Source of the DNA: Cytophagales bacterium
Lineage (GTDB): Bacteria > Bacteroidota > Bacteroidia > Cytophagales > JAHDFW01
Reading direction: 5' to 3'
DNA: 64,000 nt
Assembly (NCBI GenBank): GCA_020627945.1
Contig: JAHDFW010000003.1
Coordinates: forward strand, 7,599 to 71,598
Position numbers and translations under genes: made by a program
Notes under the pieces: generated by a model
Database searches by the model: none
What the model saw: only the letters and a program-made list of their open reading frames with translations
What the model was told of the DNA's origin: nothing
Part shown: positions 63,681-64,000 of the stretch, in pieces
Numbering within the stretch: the stretch's first letter is position 1
Layout: each line of letters starts with the position of its first letter

Positions 63681-64000
63681 TTTGGTGCAATTTACCACAC
63701 ATGTAAAAATACCAACCATTTATCCAATAAAACCTACCACTTATAAAGTTGCGGTAACTTTATTCATAATCTCTGCGTAAATTCGAGTAATCTAGAATCA
63801 AACGTCGCTGCGATATAGTTTAGCTTAGGTGGTGGTTTGGTAATTTTTACCCCGGCTTCATTCCAAGCCACCAGGGTTTTGAGCAATCAAAACCCCGCAG
63901 TGTACGTTGATTATTTAACTCCCATTCTAGAACTCCCACAGTATTTTTTGTAAACTAATAAGCATTCCTTATCGACTGCCCTAGAAATTCTCCTTCTTCT

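Noticed and set aside
63854-63869. Minus-strand hairpin with a GGAA loop ('ggcttGGAAtgaagcc'), considered as SRP (4.5S) RNA domain IV.
   Set aside because: The flanking conserved 'GGAAGCAGCC / AGCA' asymmetric-loop sequence of SRP RNA is absent, and the surrounding sequence does not fit an SRP helix-8 context.
1-64000. Search for CRISPR arrays, tRNA/rRNA genes, transposases, integrases, phage genes and toxin-antitoxin pairs.
   Set aside because: No regularly spaced direct repeats, no tRNA-like T-arm ('GGTTCGAATCC'-type) motifs in the intergenic regions, and no ORF with recombinase, transposase or phage hallmark motifs were seen. The accessory regions therefore do not look like a classical mobile island by content.

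Overview
This 64-kb window looks like a low-GC Bacteroidota chromosome segment. The phylum call rests on type-A and type-B T9SS C-terminal sorting domains and on TAnnTTTG -7 boxes upstream of many start codons. All domain calls were made by eye from motifs; no HMM or BLAST search was possible. I support 33 protein-coding genes and found no rRNA, tRNA, CRISPR array, transposase or integrase.

Housekeeping genes:
- Minus strand: rluB, scpB, a dksA-like gene, sucD and a ppiD-like gene.
- Plus strand: uvrA, an ArsB/NhaD-type permease, sanA, lpd, a LigB-type dioxygenase and two glycosyltransferases.
- Right end: korA-korB followed by PDH E1alpha-E2-E1beta.

Accessory blocks:
1. 10.5-20.4 kb, minus strand. 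A small secreted protein, a 1780-aa metzincin with tandem Cys-rich modules but no T9SS tail, and a 1351-aa T9SS-tailed protein.
2. 25.7-30.5 kb. A PrsW-like protease, a membrane-anchored archaemetzincin, and a choice-of-anchor-L/Calx-beta/PKD protein with a type-B T9SS tail.
3. 32.6-57.2 kb. Eight tightly spaced co-directional genes:
   - a TLC/MFS-like transporter fused to HEAT repeats and a cNMP-like domain
   - a HAMP-PP2C sensor phosphatase
   - a stand-alone protein with one TIR and two TIR-like modules
   - an nSTAND-type NTPase with one TM helix, a K/E/A coiled coil and a 7-blade WD40 propeller predicted to lie outside the cytoplasm
   - a TPR/beta-barrel outer-membrane protein
   - a beta-propeller-like lipoprotein
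   - two giant paralogous T9SS adhesin-like proteins (2491 and 1593 aa)

The PP2C / TIR / membrane-STAND-WD40 core, and its link to envelope and surface proteins, is my best candidate for an undescribed system. One giant gene also carries an unusual 12-cysteine ladder encoded by in-frame 15-nt and 12-nt tandem repeats.
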